Of a DNA stretch of 64,000 bases, positions 61,903-64,000 are shown piece by piece. The stretch lies in the NCBI GenBank assembly GCA_964276515.1, contig OZ193909.1:558001-622000 (forward strand), written 5' to 3'. The notes under the pieces are model-generated. The model searched no databases, was not told where the DNA came from, and worked only from the letters and a program-made list of their open reading frames with translations. Source of the DNA: Gordius albopunctatus. Taxonomy: Eukaryota. The position numbers and the translations under genes are program-made. Each line of letters begins with the position of its first letter. Position 1 is the first letter of the stretch.

Positions 61903-64000
61903 TTTTAAAAATATCTCACATCGTCAAAAACGGCTGTCAGGCTTGAATACCCGAGCGTCACCCCTGATTTAAGTGCTATGAAAGTTCATAATCATGAAAG
62001 TAATGAAAGCGCTAGGGCGTCCTCCTTAAAAGACGCGCATGGTAGGCGCCCGTATCATGAGAAAAGTCAACGAGGGTCACTACATCTTCCGCAAACTGAT
62101 GTAGTTAAAGAAACTAGTTTGCTAAGCACGAGATTGAGAGTGGGCTCGCTAAATGTTGGAACGATGACTGCAAAATTTCCAGAAGTTGCTGACACCCTCA
62201 GTAAGCGACGGGTCGATATAGTGTGTATACACGAAACAAGATGGAAAGGCGCAAAAGCAAAAATTATAGGTGAAGGCTATAAACCTTACTTCAATGGCCT
62301 AGAAACGAATAAAAATGGCGTGGCAATCATAATAGCTTCACATCTTCAAGATAAAGTCATTGAGGTACAAATAAAAAGCGGGCCACTCATGATGTTGAAA
62401 CTAGATCAAATGATTAATGTAGTTTCCGGAATGCTCCGCAAACAGGATTCACAGATGACGAAAAGGAGGACTTTCGGGAAGAATTATACGAAATGCTACG
62501 AATGATACCCAGAGCTGAGATAGTTATAATTGGAGCGGATATGAATGGTCACGTAGGCAAAACAAGTGAAGGATTTGAACGGTACCATGGTCGAAATGGA
62601 TACGGAGCGAGAAACGATGAAGGCGAAGGAAAAATTGAAAATAGCAGTATCATTTGATTTGGCCATCACAAATACCTTCTTCAAAAGAATGTAAATCACC
62701 TAATAACGTACAAAAGTGGAAATCGATCTTCGCAGATTGACTTTCTCCTAATATCAAGAAAGGAATTAAAGAATGTACGAGATTGTAAGGTGATACCAGG
62801 TGAGGCTATGGGAAAATCAAATGGTTCCGGCTACCAAAATTGAAAGATATTTACAATGATCAAATAGTTGAACGGCTGCAGATAGATGATCAGCAGAATG
62901 CTAACAATATGTGGATTAACATAGCTAACACGGTAATATCAGTAGCGAGATGTGTTCTAGGAGAAGGTAAACCAGGTATACAAAAAGATAAGTAAACATT
63001 GTGGTGAACGAAGACGTGCAACGTCTGGTAAGTTAAAAAGAAAGCTTTACAAATTATAGTCAGGCAACAGAAATGAAGAAACGCGATTGGCATATGTGAA
63101 AGCTAAAAATGAGGCAAAACGTTGTGTAGCCAAGGCTAAAACAGAGGTCTACGAGAATTTAAATGCCAAGTTAACCAGTAAAGAAGGCGAAAGAATGATC
63201 TAAAGACCAGGGCAAGGAACTCAAAGGATGTGGTACACGTGAAAACCATAAAGAGCAAAGATGGCATTACTCTAACTCTGGACCATCAAATCATAGATCG
63301 TTGGGAAGAATACTATAAAGAATTATTAAACAGTGAAAATGGGTTTTTGGACCACTGCGAAAGCAAGAACTATGAATATGACCCAGAATTAGAAGTGACA
63401 GAAGAAGAGGTTGACCAGGTGCTTAAAAAGATGACCGTGAGTAGAGCGGTGGGACCTGATAATATACCTATGGAAGCTTTCAAAATGCTAGGACCCTTAG
63501 GTGTACATCTACTTGCAAAGCTGTTTGACAAAATACTTGCAAGTAGTATGATGCCTGATGAGTGGAGGGAAAGCTATGTTATACCTATCTATAAAATGAA
63601 GGGAGTTGTACAAGAATGCAACAACTATCGAGGGATAAAGTTAACGAGTCACGTAATGAAGGTGTGGGAAAAGGTTATAGAAACTAGACTCCGAAAAATA
63701 ATCTCAATAGATGAACGACAATTTGGTTTATGACTGGAAAGTCGACTTCAGGTGCAATACATGGTCTTAGAAGAGTTATGGAATTATATAAGGAAAATCA
63801 AAAGCATCTTCATATGTATTTCATCGATCTTGAGAAAGCTTTTGTTAAAGTGCCAAGACAGTTGATATGGGATAGCCTGAGTTCCAATAGTTTAACCGAC
63901 GTAATGTTAATAAAGATATGCATAGAAACGCAAAAACTAAAGTTCGGACATCCAGTGGTACATCAAATGGATAACGAAGGACCTGAAACGCGAATCACCT
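61828..64000 (+). mobile_element. RTE-clade LINE (APE + start of RT), inactivated, reaching the right edge
   Basis: LNVGTM, HETRWKG, GADMNGHVG, SQIDF, GPDNIP, NYRGIKL, QFG, FIDLEKAF; many stops and frameshifts; ORF starts at 61978. Confidence 0.9.

Overview
AT-rich animal (invertebrate) nuclear DNA; the bacterial-style ORF track misses most real genes because they are split by many introns, often only 30-48 nt long. Splicing by hand (GT/GC-AG boundaries, phases checked) gives: the 5' end of a twitchin/projectin/DIM-1-type Ig-repeat gene (-, runs off the left edge), a complete DNAJC25 (-, 11 exons, one probable GC-AG intron), a candidate antisense gene nested in a DNAJC25 intron (+), an orphan ~170-aa gene (-), a complete but divergent class B1 (CRF/DH44-receptor-like) GPCR (-, 11 coding exons), a complete GET4 (+, 9 exons) and an SH2-only adaptor-like gene (-, 6 exons). 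Roughly 28-52 kb and 55-58 kb are transposon-dense: a hAT element with an apparent 6-bp TSD carrying a full-length RTE LINE and two further nested hAT derivatives, three non-autonomous Helitrons with swapped ends, a MULE derivative, three CRE-like non-LTR fragments, a gypsy integrase remnant and many hAT-type MITEs. A second RTE LINE at the right edge begins with a tRNA-derived (Pol III promoter-like) head. All family assignments are from motif recognition by eye; no database search was run.
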